IMG/VR virus record: IMGVR_UViG_3300027704_001989
DNA length: 55,821 bases
Source of the DNA: an uncultured virus (IMG/VR IMGVR_UViG_3300027704_001989)
Lineage: Duplodnaviria; Heunggongvirae; Uroviricota; Caudoviricetes
Direction: 5' to 3' (one strand)
The notes under the pieces were generated by a model, which had not been told where the DNA came from, did not search any database, and saw only the letters and a list, made by a program, of their open reading frames with translations. The translations under genes and the position numbers were made by a program. Below, one piece after another: positions 37,936 through 47,432 of the stretch (position 1 is its first letter; each line of letters opens with the position of its first letter).

Positions 37936-38910
37936 TTAACTTACTATTGCTCTGTCTGTAATTCTTCGCCAGTTGCTACCATCGCTAAATGCCATGACTG
38001 CTCCGCCTGTTTCATCGCTCACATAAATCATTTGCCCTGCTACTGATACATCTGGTAAATTTGCAACCACATAAGAATCACTTGTTGGTCCAAATGTATC
38101 TTTAATGTACTCATAGTCGCCAACTGTTGCTGATTCGGCTACTGTTCCAAAACTTATTGTCATATTAGCTGATTCACTAATTGAACCGTAATCTGAAATA
38201 GGTTCAAAAAGTACGCCTTGTACAACACCAGTTTTTAATGTGCTTGAACTTTTATCGTATGTTAATGCATCGTTGCCTCCAAAAGAGCTACTGTCGTTAA
38301 ACTGTATATCAGTGTTGCCACCTTCTGGATTTGCACTTACTGTTGTAAATGAAAGTGCCCCACTTCCGTCTGTAACAACTACTTGCCCCGCTGAGCCATC
38401 TGCTGTTGGAAGTGCGTATGCATTATTAATTGTGGTTGCACTGCCTTGTACTTTAAAGACTTCATTAGTATTGTCTGCATCGTATATTTTAAATATAGGA
38501 TCACTGCTACTGCTGTTATCTCTTATGCGTACTTGGGTTGCTGTGCCATTTGCATGTCTTAAATCTAGTGCTGAACCAGAGAACTGAAGGCTTGGATTTG
38601 TTCCTAATCGTAAGTTACCGTTAACAAATAATCTTTCATTAGATGCAGTTGAACCTATGCTAACAGTGTCGTTTGTACTGTCAACAAATAATGTTCCGTC
38701 ATCAACGTTTAATTCGGTTAAGGTTTCGCCTATGTTTTTCCAGCTGCTTTCGTATATGTCTAACGTTGCATTTGCTGAATCGAAGTATATATCTCCGTTT
38801 GATAGGTCTGAGGAGGGTCTTGTACCCGTCGATATTTTGCTACCACTAGCTTTCTTTCCGATCTTGAATTCGGATGTAGTGGTACCTTTGAAATTTCCAA
38901 AAATTGCCAT
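37936..38910 (-). CDS. Virion structural/fibre-associated protein
   Basis: LPTADGSAGQVVVTDGSGALSF and GQMIYVSDETGG..FSDGSNWRR modules; GATAAATA at 38983-38990. Confidence 0.75.
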   Translation of the reverse strand: MAIFGNFKGTTTSEFKIGKKASGSKISTGTRPSSDLSNGDIYFDSANATLDIYESSWKNIGETLTELNVDDGTLFVDSTNDTVSIGSTASNERLFVNGNLRLGTNPSLQFSGSALDLRHANGTATQVRIRDNSSSSDPIFKIYDADNTNEVFKVQGSATTINNAYALPTADGSAGQVVVTDGSGALSFTTVSANPEGGNTDIQFNDSSSFGGNDALTYDKSSSTLKTGVVQGVLFEPISDYGSISESANMTISFGTVAESATVGDYEYIKDTFGPTSDSYVVANLPDVSVAGQMIYVSDETGGAVMAFSDGSNWRRITDRAIVS

Positions 38911-39012
38911 TTATTTCCCCGGTTAGTTCAGAGTGTGTAAATACACACTGTCAGTACATTGTACTGTCTAGTCCGTTGTATGTATTTATCAAAGAGTTAA
39001 CAAATGGTATTG

Positions 39013-42000
39013 TTATACCATAATTTCAATAACGCCTTCGGATGGGGTATCTATGCTTGAGATTGCTTTACCTACATAACATGCAACGCCTACAAAATGT
39101 GGGTCGCTTGCTGCTTCTGCAAAGCCTGGTCTGCTTGATGTCACAAGTACATCACCTTTTGCAACTGGACCAATTACTTTACACGGAACTCGTCCACGTA
39201 ATGCAACGTATTGTCCTTCTGCATCTTTGTTCATCATGTAAGCAGGATCTGTACTAATAACACCTGCTACTTTAGGTGAATTAGATTCTGTTGTTACTGT
39301 TACTTCTGCATCTCCGCCAAATACAACAACTGTGCCATGTTCGTAATGAGTGTCAGTTGCATATTTCTCAGCCAAATCCGCATATCTTGCTGCTGTTGCT
39401 GTTGCTGTAATAACGCCTGCACTAAAGTTACCTGCTGCATCTCTGGCTACTACTTTACTTGCTGTGTTTGCACTTGTTGCGTCAACTGATACAGTGTCGG
39501 CTGCTACAACAATATAACTACCGGAGCCTACACTTAATGTTGCTCCTCCGCTAGTTGCTCCACCTGTTAAGCCTGCGCCTGCTGTTACTGCTGTGATGTC
39601 ACCAACTGTTGTTGAATAACCATATGCTTCAATTTTACCTTCAATTGCTGATGACGTCATTAACATCGTGTCATTTGATGCAAATGATTCCGTGCTTAAC
39701 AGTATCGAACTTGCTGCAAAATCACTAACTGCCAAGGATGGCATAGTGTATGAAAAGAAGCCTGTTGAACTATTGTATGCAATGTCTCCACCGCTACTAA
39801 ACAATCCTCTGATTGTAGCATCTGTTCTAGGTGATGGGTCAGTGTAACTAATTACACCAGTACTACTATTATAACTTAAATCACCAGTTGCACTAAGCAA
39901 TCCTCTGATTGTAGCATCTGTTCTAGGTGATGGATCAGTGTATGACATAACACCAGTACTACTATTATAACTTAAATCACCAGTTGCACTTATTGCTGCT
40001 CTTGCTCTTGCATCTGTATAATATAAATTTGTACCTTCTGATAAGTCTGATGTTGACTTCGAACTTAAATCTAGCGAGCCACCAACTACACCGGAGACCG
40101 ATGAGTCAACGTATGCTTTAACTGATTGTTGTGAAGGTAATCTAGTAGCACTATCAGTTACCATGTTATCTTCGTCAATTAATGCATTTGTTATTCTTGC
40201 ATCTGCTCTTGCATCTGTATAATATAAATTTGTTCCTTCAGTTACAAGACTTGTATTTGCATCAAGATTAAGTGTAACTGCACCTGATGCACCACCACCA
40301 CTTAAACCAGTGCCTGCTGTTACTGCTGTGATATCTGCTGCGTTAGTATTTGTAATTGATATTGCTTTACCTGAGTTACTAATTGCAATACCTGCACCTG
40401 CAGTAAATGTTACTAAGTCACTGCTACCAACAACTACATTTCCTGTAGTAGGTGTTACAAATTTCCAAGCATTATAATTATCTGCTGTAGATGCAAAGGC
40501 ACCTGTGCTGTTGTTGTAACTAAATGTACTGCCGGTTCCACTGAACAAGCCTCTTATTGTAGAGTCACTTCTATCTGAGTCTGTAAAACTAATAACACCA
40601 GTTGCATTATCGTAACTTATATCTCCGGCGCCACTGAATGCTCCACGTATTGCACTAATGTCTGCGTCTACTGTGATAACATTTGCTGAGTCTACTAATG
40701 TAGTATATGTGCCGTCTGCTAAACTTTTAATACCTGCGTATGTTGTCGCACCGTCAACTCTATCACCTGCATAAATGTCTATGCCTGTTGCACCGACATC
40801 TTCTAATGCACCAACATCAACTGCTGGAGTAATTTCTCTTCTGCTGCCACCTACATAAATGTATGCTTTGTTATCACTAGTGTCGTGATATATTGCACCG
40901 GCTGTTGTAGATGCACTGCTTGGAGTAACTAAGTTTCCAATAAATGTTTTTGTGCCACCTATACTTTGATCACCTGTTGTTCTAATAACTGTGCCATCTA
41001 CATCAATTGTACCAGTAGTGTAATCAATTCCAGCGCCTCCAGTTAGTTCTGCATCAACTCTTGCGCCTACTGCACTATTGAAATCTGTAATTTGTGAACT
41101 TGGTATTGCTATGGTTGTATCTGCTGCTGTTGTTAACTGTCCTTGTGCATTTACAGTGAATGTAGGTATTACTGTTGCACTACCATAACTTGCTGCTGTA
41201 ACGGCTGTGTTAGTAATACTAAATGTTCTATCTGCTGTTAAATTACCACCACCACTTAAACCTGTGCCAGTGTTAATATTTCTATTTTGTAAATTTGTAA
41301 TATTGGTTGTGTTGTTTGTTACAACTGCACCAATGTTAGCGTCATCGTTTAATGCAGCAGCAATCTCGCCTAACGTGTCTAATGCTGGATCTGCTCCGTT
41401 TAATAATGCTGATAACTCTGTTTGGACATAGGCTGTTGTAGCAACTTTAGTACTACTTTCATTTGCCGCCTGTGTTGTTGCTATTATGTCACCAGTAAAT
41501 GTTTTAGCACCTGCAATACTTTGTGTGCCAGTTATTCTGACTATGTCTGATGCCGCACTTACTCTTGCATCTGCTCTTGCATCTGTAAAGTATAAATTTG
41601 TGCCTTCTGCTGTTTCAGTTGTTGTTTGTGCATCTACATAGGCTTTTACTGATTGCTGTGAAGGTACTTGAGTAGCACTATCAGTTACCATGTTGTCTTC
41701 GTCAATTAATGCATTTGTTATTCTAGCATCTGCTCTTGCATCTGTAAAGTATAAATTTGTACCTTCTGTTACACCCGATGTACTGCCTTGTGTAAATGTT
41801 AATACACCTGTTACGTTATTATATGCTAATTCTGGTGAGGATTCACTGATACTGTTTCTTGCTCTAGCATCTGTATAGTATAAGTTAGTTGAACCTTCGC
41901 TTAATGCATCAGTGTCAGACGCTGTAATTCTTGCATCTGCTCTTGCATCTGTATAGTATAAGTTAGTTCCTTCACTTAAATCACTTGTTGACTTAGCAGT

Positions 42001-42462
42001 AAATCCTGCATCTACTCTAGCATCTGCTCTAGCAGTAGTAAAGTATAAATTTGTAACTTCTGATAGGCCAGCAGTAGTATGATTAGATATGCTACTCACT
42101 GTACCAGTTACTGAACCTGTAAATACAGCATTAGTTCCGTCTGTTCCGCTTTCTAATACTTTAGTTTCGTTGTCTGCAAACACATCACCAATGATGTTCA
42201 TGGTGTTGTTACCAGCCGGTAACGTTAACTGCTTGTCTAATACAATATTTGTTCCATCAAACGAAATAGTACTTAGTACATTATTTTTGTTGAGGATTAG
42301 TTTTGGAGTAACATCATCACCGTCAGCATTAATAACAAGTTCATCGGATTCTAGTCTATTAACTAACTGTGTTGTTTCTACTTGAGTAACATTACCCGTG
42401 ACTATGAGACTACCTTGAACCAGTAATTCTTCGTCTGCTGCTATGACCGTGCGTTTTGACAT
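39013..42462 (-). CDS. Tail fibre/virion fibre protein
   Basis: EGTNLYYTDARADAR repeats, ALDTLGEIAAAL, C-terminal YADLAEKY..GRVPCKV domain; GATAAATA at 42495-42502. Confidence 0.85.
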   Translation of the reverse strand: MSKRTVIAADEELLVQGSLIVTGNVTQVETTQLVNRLESDELVINADGDDVTPKLILNKNNVLSTISFDGTNIVLDKQLTLPAGNNTMNIIGDVFADNETKVLESGTDGTNAVFTGSVTGTVSSISNHTTAGLSEVTNLYFTTARADARVDAGFTAKSTSDLSEGTNLYYTDARADARITASDTDALSEGSTNLYYTDARARNSISESSPELAYNNVTGVLTFTQGSTSGVTEGTNLYFTDARADARITNALIDEDNMVTDSATQVPSQQSVKAYVDAQTTTETAEGTNLYFTDARADARVSAASDIVRITGTQSIAGAKTFTGDIIATTQAANESSTKVATTAYVQTELSALLNGADPALDTLGEIAAALNDDANIGAVVTNNTTNITNLQNRNINTGTGLSGGGNLTADRTFSITNTAVTAASYGSATVIPTFTVNAQGQLTTAADTTIAIPSSQITDFNSAVGARVDAELTGGAGIDYTTGTIDVDGTVIRTTGDQSIGGTKTFIGNLVTPSSASTTAGAIYHDTSDNKAYIYVGGSRREITPAVDVGALEDVGATGIDIYAGDRVDGATTYAGIKSLADGTYTTLVDSANVITVDADISAIRGAFSGAGDISYDNATGVISFTDSDRSDSTIRGLFSGTGSTFSYNNSTGAFASTADNYNAWKFVTPTTGNVVVGSSDLVTFTAGAGIAISNSGKAISITNTNAADITAVTAGTGLSGGGASGAVTLNLDANTSLVTEGTNLYYTDARADARITNALIDEDNMVTDSATRLPSQQSVKAYVDSSVSGVVGGSLDLSSKSTSDLSEGTNLYYTDARARAAISATGDLSYNSSTGVMSYTDPSPRTDATIRGLLSATGDLSYNSSTGVISYTDPSPRTDATIRGLFSSGGDIAYNSSTGFFSYTMPSLAVSDFAASSILLSTESFASNDTMLMTSSAIEGKIEAYGYSTTVGDITAVTAGAGLTGGATSGGATLSVGSGSYIVVAADTVSVDATSANTASKVVARDAAGNFSAGVITATATAARYADLAEKYATDTHYEHGTVVVFGGDAEVTVTTESNSPKVAGVISTDPAYMMNKDAEGQYVALRGRVPCKVIGPVAKGDVLVTSSRPGFAEAASDPHFVGVACYVGKAISSIDTPSEGVIEIMV
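39802..39990 (-). repeat. 96-bp tandem duplication (32 aa) in the fibre gene
   Basis: SATGDLSYNSSTGV(M/I)SYTDPSPRTDATIRGL twice, near-identical DNA. Confidence 0.9.
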
Positions 42463-42538
42463 TTTAAATTATCCCTCGTAAACTATATAATAACTATTTA
42501 TCAAGAAAGATAAAATATGTTATTACGGAATAGCGGCC

Positions 42539-42571
42539 AAAAAAATACCCCTTAGCATTGCTTTGGGGTAT
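42539..42571 (-). terminator. Intrinsic terminator after the porin gene
   Basis: AUACCCC/GGGGUAU stem plus U tract. Confidence 0.75.
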
Positions 42572-42591
42572 ATTTTGCTAAGTTGGGTTAC

Positions 42592-43239
42592 TTAGAATGA
42601 TTTACTCACTGCAAAGACAAACATGTCCTCGTCTGGTAGTAAACTGCTGTCATCAGCAGTGAAGTCAATGTATGCTACTGAACCTTCTAAACCACCTAGT
42701 GGTATATCGAAAGATCTGGTAAACATTAGACTGTCTCCAACATTATCTTGCATGCCATATGCTAAATCAACAATATCAAAACCAGTATAACTTAGTTTTG
42801 TATAATCGTTGTAGGTGTCATTACCCATTACATGCGTAAAACCGAAGTCTTTTACATTAACAGAAACATACTGCTCAGATCCATTTAAACTTGAATCTCC
42901 TGCGTATGTGTAATCACCGTAGCCTACACTTACAGATACAGCGTCACTTAACGTTTTGCTGTATGAAATATAAGAGTAGATTTCTTCACTAGCATCATTG
43001 CCTATAAAGTCTACTTGGCCTACCCAAACACCTGCGTTAATACCGTTCTCTAAATCTAAATCAATAGATCCGAAACCAGAACTTGCGCCTTGAGTTTGAG
43101 ATAATCCACGGAATACATAGTCACTTGCGTAACCTACATCACCGCTCCATTTTGCCGCATTGGCATTGAATGCAATCATAGACAATAGTATAATTACTAA
43201 TGCTTTGAATCCATTCTCTATATTGAATAAAGTTTTCAT
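42592..43239 (-). CDS. TorF-family putative porin (outer-membrane beta-barrel)
   Basis: Signal peptide (ANA-A), SDYVFRGLSQT motif, alternating beta strands, C-terminal Phe. Confidence 0.85.
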   Translation of the reverse strand: MKTLFNIENGFKALVIILLSMIAFNANAAKWSGDVGYASDYVFRGLSQTQGASSGFGSIDLDLENGINAGVWVGQVDFIGNDASEEIYSYISYSKTLSDAVSVSVGYGDYTYAGDSSLNGSEQYVSVNVKDFGFTHVMGNDTYNDYTKLSYTGFDIVDLAYGMQDNVGDSLMFTRSFDIPLGGLEGSVAYIDFTADDSSLLPDEDMFVFAVSKSF

Positions 43240-43313
43240 TTATTCCTCCTTTTACTGCTGTGGCTTCTAAATAGAGACAGAATTGTCCTACCTTTTGTCC
43301 ACGGCATTGCTAT

Positions 43314-43342
43314 ATTATACACAAAAAGTGCAATGATGTCAA
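43314..43342 (-). promoter_or_regulatory. Sigma70-type early promoter of the porin
   Basis: TTGACA-17 nt-TATAAT, consensus match. Confidence 0.9.
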
Positions 43343-43367
43343 GTGTTTATGTGCAGAAAGAATATCC

Positions 43368-43395
43368 AAAAAAAAGCACTCCGAAGAGTGCTTTT
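43368..43395 (-). terminator. Intrinsic terminator with C(UUCG)G tetraloop after the capsid gene
   Basis: AAAAGCACUC-UUCG-GAGUGCUUUU. Confidence 0.92.
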
Positions 43396-43418
43396 CCTAT
43401 TCTTGTAAGTTTTAAGGC

Positions 43419-44558
43419 TTACTGGAATGCTATGTTGGACAATGTAATTGCGTCAACGTAGTCTGCTGCGTTACCCAAAGATGAAGCAGTGTTTGTTAGT
43501 TCTTTATAACCATAACGTGTCATAAAGCTAACTACTGGTTCAAAAGTAGTAGGATCCATTACAGGTCCTGTACTCATTAATGGGATGTAAGGACAGTAGA
43601 ATGCTGGAGCATCTGACTCGCTTGAACCTTTGTAACCAACAAGAACTTTCGTTCCGTCTGCTGCATAGTTGTCTACGAATACTTTGATTGTTCCGTTCAA
43701 TGTTCCAACAAACTTAGTGTTTGTAGGAGCGTCGAAAGAACCTTCAGTTGTTCTTGCGAACGTTGAAGTTGATGCACTTTGCAAGATTGTCAATGCTTCT
43801 GGAGATACTACGATGTAGTTACCAGCGCCACGTCTTGTTCTTGCTGCGATTCTGTTTGCTGCTCTATTAATTTCAATAGCTAAAGCTGCGTGTCTGTCAC
43901 CGACATATACTGATTGTCCACTTAGAGCACTAAAGTCTAAAGTAGTACCAGCACCTGCTAGTGATCGTAATGAACCGATAATTTCTTGGTCGATTTCAAC
44001 TACGATTTCTTGTGCTAATGCTTGCATAATTTCTGCTTCGACATCAACACCATGCATGCTTTCTGCATCTTGAGCTGCCTCAAAAGTCCAACGAGCACTT
44101 AGACGTCTAGTCTTAGCTTCCACTGTTTCTTTTAAGATTTGGATGCTCATCTTCTTACCTGGAGTTCCTTCAGCTGCTGCTGTAGCATCTGGAGAACCTG
44201 CGTAAGATGAAGCAAGTTTGAAAGGACTTAAAGCCTCGTCACCTGCTGTAGCACCGCCACCAGTTTCCGCATAACGGACTCTTAGTGTATGTATTTGGCC
44301 AACTGGACCAGTCATAGGCTGTACGCCGACTAGCTCATTAGCTATTACTGAAGGCATAACCCTTCTGATTAAAGGTAACATTACCTTGTTTAATGTTGCG
44401 ACTGAACCTGCACCCGTTGCACCTGTGGTTGCGGCCTCTGATAAATAGCGTTTAGTATTTTCGAGGACCACATCCAATGAAGATTTTCTGTTTCCAGAAA
44501 CACCTTCAAGCAATGCTTCTTTGGTTGCGGACCAGTTGCTTTCAAATAAATTTGCCAT
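43419..44558 (-). CDS. gp23: Major capsid protein
   Basis: LIRRVMP, GVQPMTGP, EAKTRRLSARW, EIDQEII, FYCPYIPL, FMTRYG. Confidence 0.97.
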   Translation of the reverse strand: MANLFESNWSATKEALLEGVSGNRKSSLDVVLENTKRYLSEAATTGATGAGSVATLNKVMLPLIRRVMPSVIANELVGVQPMTGPVGQIHTLRVRYAETGGGATAGDEALSPFKLASSYAGSPDATAAAEGTPGKKMSIQILKETVEAKTRRLSARWTFEAAQDAESMHGVDVEAEIMQALAQEIVVEIDQEIIGSLRSLAGAGTTLDFSALSGQSVYVGDRHAALAIEINRAANRIAARTRRGAGNYIVVSPEALTILQSASTSTFARTTEGSFDAPTNTKFVGTLNGTIKVFVDNYAADGTKVLVGYKGSSESDAPAFYCPYIPLMSTGPVMDPTTFEPVVSFMTRYGYKELTNTASSLGNAADYVDAITLSNIAFQ

Positions 44559-44573
44559 TATTAATTACTCCTG

Positions 44574-45683
44574 TTATTTTGAAAGTCCGGCTAGTTTTTT
44601 AATGTAATCGAGTTCGACTACATTATCTTTTTCGTCATCAGATGCTGTTTGCACAGTTTCTTTATTACCAGTATGTTCTTTGATTACTGATTCAGACAAT
44701 GTTTTCTTCACTCTAGGTGATTCGCCATCTAAAACGCTAGGCAAGTACTTATTAAAAGCACCTTCTAGTTTTTCAGTGGTAACACTTTCAAGTAAATCTG
44801 ACATGATTTCTTTCTTCTCTTTGCCAAGTGGCGCCATCAGTTCGTTAAGTGTCTCTTTACGAGTGTAACGATCTTCTGCTATTCTTAACTTGCTTTCAAC
44901 TAATTTAGATGCGTCTTGCGATGCTTCCACTGTTGCTGTTGCTTCGTTAATTGTAGTTTCCATCTCAGCGAGTGTTCTCTGTAGCGTCTTAATTTCTTTG
45001 CTTTCGTTTAAGTACGATGTATTGTACTCGTTAGCGAAACTTTCAAAAATTCGACGTCCAAAGTCATTCTCACGGCTCTTAGTGATGTCATCTCGGAAAG
45101 ATTTGACTTCTTCGGTGATAACTGTATTGATTTTATTCTCAATTAAGTTAGCAGCCTTAGAAATAAAGCTCTTCTTAGCTTCCGCTAATTGTGCTTTGCC
45201 TTCTCTTACCATTTTAACTTTTTGCTCTACTAATGATTTCTTATCTTCGTGGAATTCAGCAATTTCAGATGCTAAAGATTCTGTGATAAACTCATCAAGT
45301 TTAGTAACGTGTTCTGCTACTCTTGATTTGTCTGCACGGAGTTCTTTAACTTCTTTTGCTAAACTTTCAGTTACGAAAGAATTCAATAGTTTTGCGTGTT
45401 CACTAATGGCTTTGTGATATTTGACTCTGTCTTCAGCTAGAGCCCCTTTTTCTTCTGCAATTTCTGCAACTTCTGCTGTTACTTTATCTGTGATAAAGTT
45501 GTCAACAGCTTCTACGATTTGACTCTTGTCATGCTCGTATCGCTGTGCAAACTCTTCACGGAGTTCAGCTGTCATTGCTTCTTTTGCCTCAGAGACTTTT
45601 GCTTCCCATGCTTCTTGTAAGGATTCCTTAACTTCAGAAGTTAAGTCTGTTCCTTCAATTAGGTCTTTAAATGTCACTGCCAT
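44574..45683 (-). CDS. gp22: Prohead core scaffolding protein
   Basis: Acidic coiled-coil protein between protease and capsid genes. Confidence 0.88.
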   Translation of the reverse strand: MAVTFKDLIEGTDLTSEVKESLQEAWEAKVSEAKEAMTAELREEFAQRYEHDKSQIVEAVDNFITDKVTAEVAEIAEEKGALAEDRVKYHKAISEHAKLLNSFVTESLAKEVKELRADKSRVAEHVTKLDEFITESLASEIAEFHEDKKSLVEQKVKMVREGKAQLAEAKKSFISKAANLIENKINTVITEEVKSFRDDITKSRENDFGRRIFESFANEYNTSYLNESKEIKTLQRTLAEMETTINEATATVEASQDASKLVESKLRIAEDRYTRKETLNELMAPLGKEKKEIMSDLLESVTTEKLEGAFNKYLPSVLDGESPRVKKTLSESVIKEHTGNKETVQTASDDEKDNVVELDYIKKLAGLSK

Positions 45684-45703
45684 AGTAGTCTCCTACTTCT
45701 CTG

Positions 45704-46330
45704 TTATATTTTTAATTCTCTGATAAGTTTGTGAATCTCATTTATCAGATGTTTTTCTGCACTTATGTCGTGTGTAACTTGTCCGGCTAATTCGTGCAAC
45801 ATTGCACCGCCTTTCATATTAAACAAACTCTCATAGATAGTCTTGGGATACGCATCTGGTGCACTAGGCTGGGCCACAATGTCGACTGTTATAATATCAA
45901 AGTCAGATACTTTACCTGACTCATTTACATTACCACTGCCTCTACTGCTCACGCCTAGCTTTGCCCCTGCTTTTAACAATGCTTTCGCAATGTTACCCAT
46001 GGGCGTATCTATGATTTTTAATTTGCCAAGTCCGTCTGAGCCATCAACATTCATCTCAGTGATGATGTGACTTACACGATCTAAGTTAATTTGTAACTCT
46101 TCTGGGTGATCTAACTCTCCCATTACAGTTTCGCCTTCGCCTAAACGTGTACGAACACTTTCAACAGCTTTAGCTATTTCATCTTTTGGGTATACTCGTC
46201 CATTTTGATTTTTTACATCGCCTTGAATGAATAATCCTTGCATGAAAAGGTCTTTACCGTCTTTTGATTCCATAATCTGCATATTAGCAGTACTAGGATT
46301 CAAATATTCGTATAACTTTCTGGATTGCAT
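45704..46330 (-). CDS. gp21: Prohead protease
   Basis: NQNGRVY, GELDHP, RVSH, GVSSRGSG, DIVAQPSAPDA. Confidence 0.96.
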   Translation of the reverse strand: MQSRKLYEYLNPSTANMQIMESKDGKDLFMQGLFIQGDVKNQNGRVYPKDEIAKAVESVRTRLGEGETVMGELDHPEELQINLDRVSHIITEMNVDGSDGLGKLKIIDTPMGNIAKALLKAGAKLGVSSRGSGNVNESGKVSDFDIITVDIVAQPSAPDAYPKTIYESLFNMKGGAMLHELAGQVTHDISAEKHLINEIHKLIRELKI

Positions 46331-46348
46331 CTTAATCTAATCTCCTAC

Positions 46349-47077
46349 TTATGCCTTTTTAGGCTCAACTTTAATGTTGTCTGTAGGTGTATGGTCTTTA
46401 GCACTTTCGCCTTTGACACCTTCGCTACCGTCTTTAGCTTTAACTGGAGTTCCAGCGCCTGCTACTTTAGTACCTTTTGGTGCTTTAGTTAAAGGTGATT
46501 CTGTTGAATCTGCTTCGCCTGCTTTAGGTGCAGCAACGTTGTCAGATAACTTAGTTGCTTCTTCAACAACTTCGTCTTCGTCTTCGTCTGTAGCTTCATC
46601 TAGATCGTATTCAACACTTTCTAAATCAAGTTCTTCACCGTCCATTTCAAGGTCTGCTTCTTCTTCGTCACCTAACTCAGCTTTTGGTTCATCACCATCT
46701 GCCATTAGTGCATCAAATTCTGCTTTTAATGATTCTAATTCGTCAGCGATATCGTCAACTTTGTCTTCTAGGTCTTCTTCACCTTCTGACTCGTCTTCTG
46801 ATTCTTCTTCTGCGTCTGCAAAAGGATTTTCGCTGTCGTCGTCCTCTTCGCCAATTTCATCAGCGTTGATTTCGTCTTCGTCTGATGTGATGTCGTCTAC
46901 AAAGTCGTTACTTTGGTCGATAACTTCACTCACTTCTTCTTCCTCTACCTCATCATCGAGTAGGCTTTCGTATTGCTCACGGGCTTTGTCTACGACATAC
47001 TCGTGTAACAATTCTTCTGCTTTCTCGTTTTCTTCAGCAAGGAGAAGTTCTAATATTGATTCTAACTTCTTAGACAT
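46349..47077 (-). CDS. Highly acidic prohead core protein (gp67/68-like position)
   Basis: D/E-rich 242 aa ORF between portal and protease; RBS AAGGAGG. Confidence 0.7.
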   Translation of the reverse strand: MSKKLESILELLLAEENEKAEELLHEYVVDKAREQYESLLDDEVEEEEVSEVIDQSNDFVDDITSDEDEINADEIGEEDDDSENPFADAEEESEDESEGEEDLEDKVDDIADELESLKAEFDALMADGDEPKAELGDEEEADLEMDGEELDLESVEYDLDEATDEDEDEVVEEATKLSDNVAAPKAGEADSTESPLTKAPKGTKVAGAGTPVKAKDGSEGVKGESAKDHTPTDNIKVEPKKA

Positions 47078-47231
47078 TGTGGCCTCCTTAAATATTATTA
47101 ATACAACCTTACGCCTGTAAGAATTGCATGATTACCATTTACTTATAGCAATCTATTAAATATGTGTTATAATGGTGTTTTTTTGGTACCAAAACAGTCA
47201 TACTCACTGTTTTGATCAAATGTGGGTGTAA

Positions 47232-47432
47232 TTACAGTGCCTGCTCGTCGCCACCGGCTTTATACATAACTTTTACAAATTTTGTATGTTCTATCTCTTC
47301 TGCTCGACTAATTTCTCTAACTTTTCTTAACTTGTTTAATTCTTTAAGTGTTAATTTAGCCTTTCTAGTATCTTCCTCAGAACGCATTGCTTCTTGATCT
47401 CTTCCGGGTTCGTAAAATTCATTTATTTTCAT
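47232..47432 (-). CDS. Small head-cluster protein
   Basis: 66 aa ORF, TAATG-coupled to the portal gene. Confidence 0.8.
   Translation of the reverse strand: MKINEFYEPGRDQEAMRSEEDTRKAKLTLKELNKLRKVREISRAEEIEHTKFVKVMYKAGGDEQAL

Noticed and set aside
33411..42462. Fibre-gene repeats as a CRISPR array or DGR template/variable pair
   Set aside because: Repeats are in frame and coding with irregular spacing; differences are mostly synonymous rather than adenine-specific; no reverse transcriptase or cas gene in the window.
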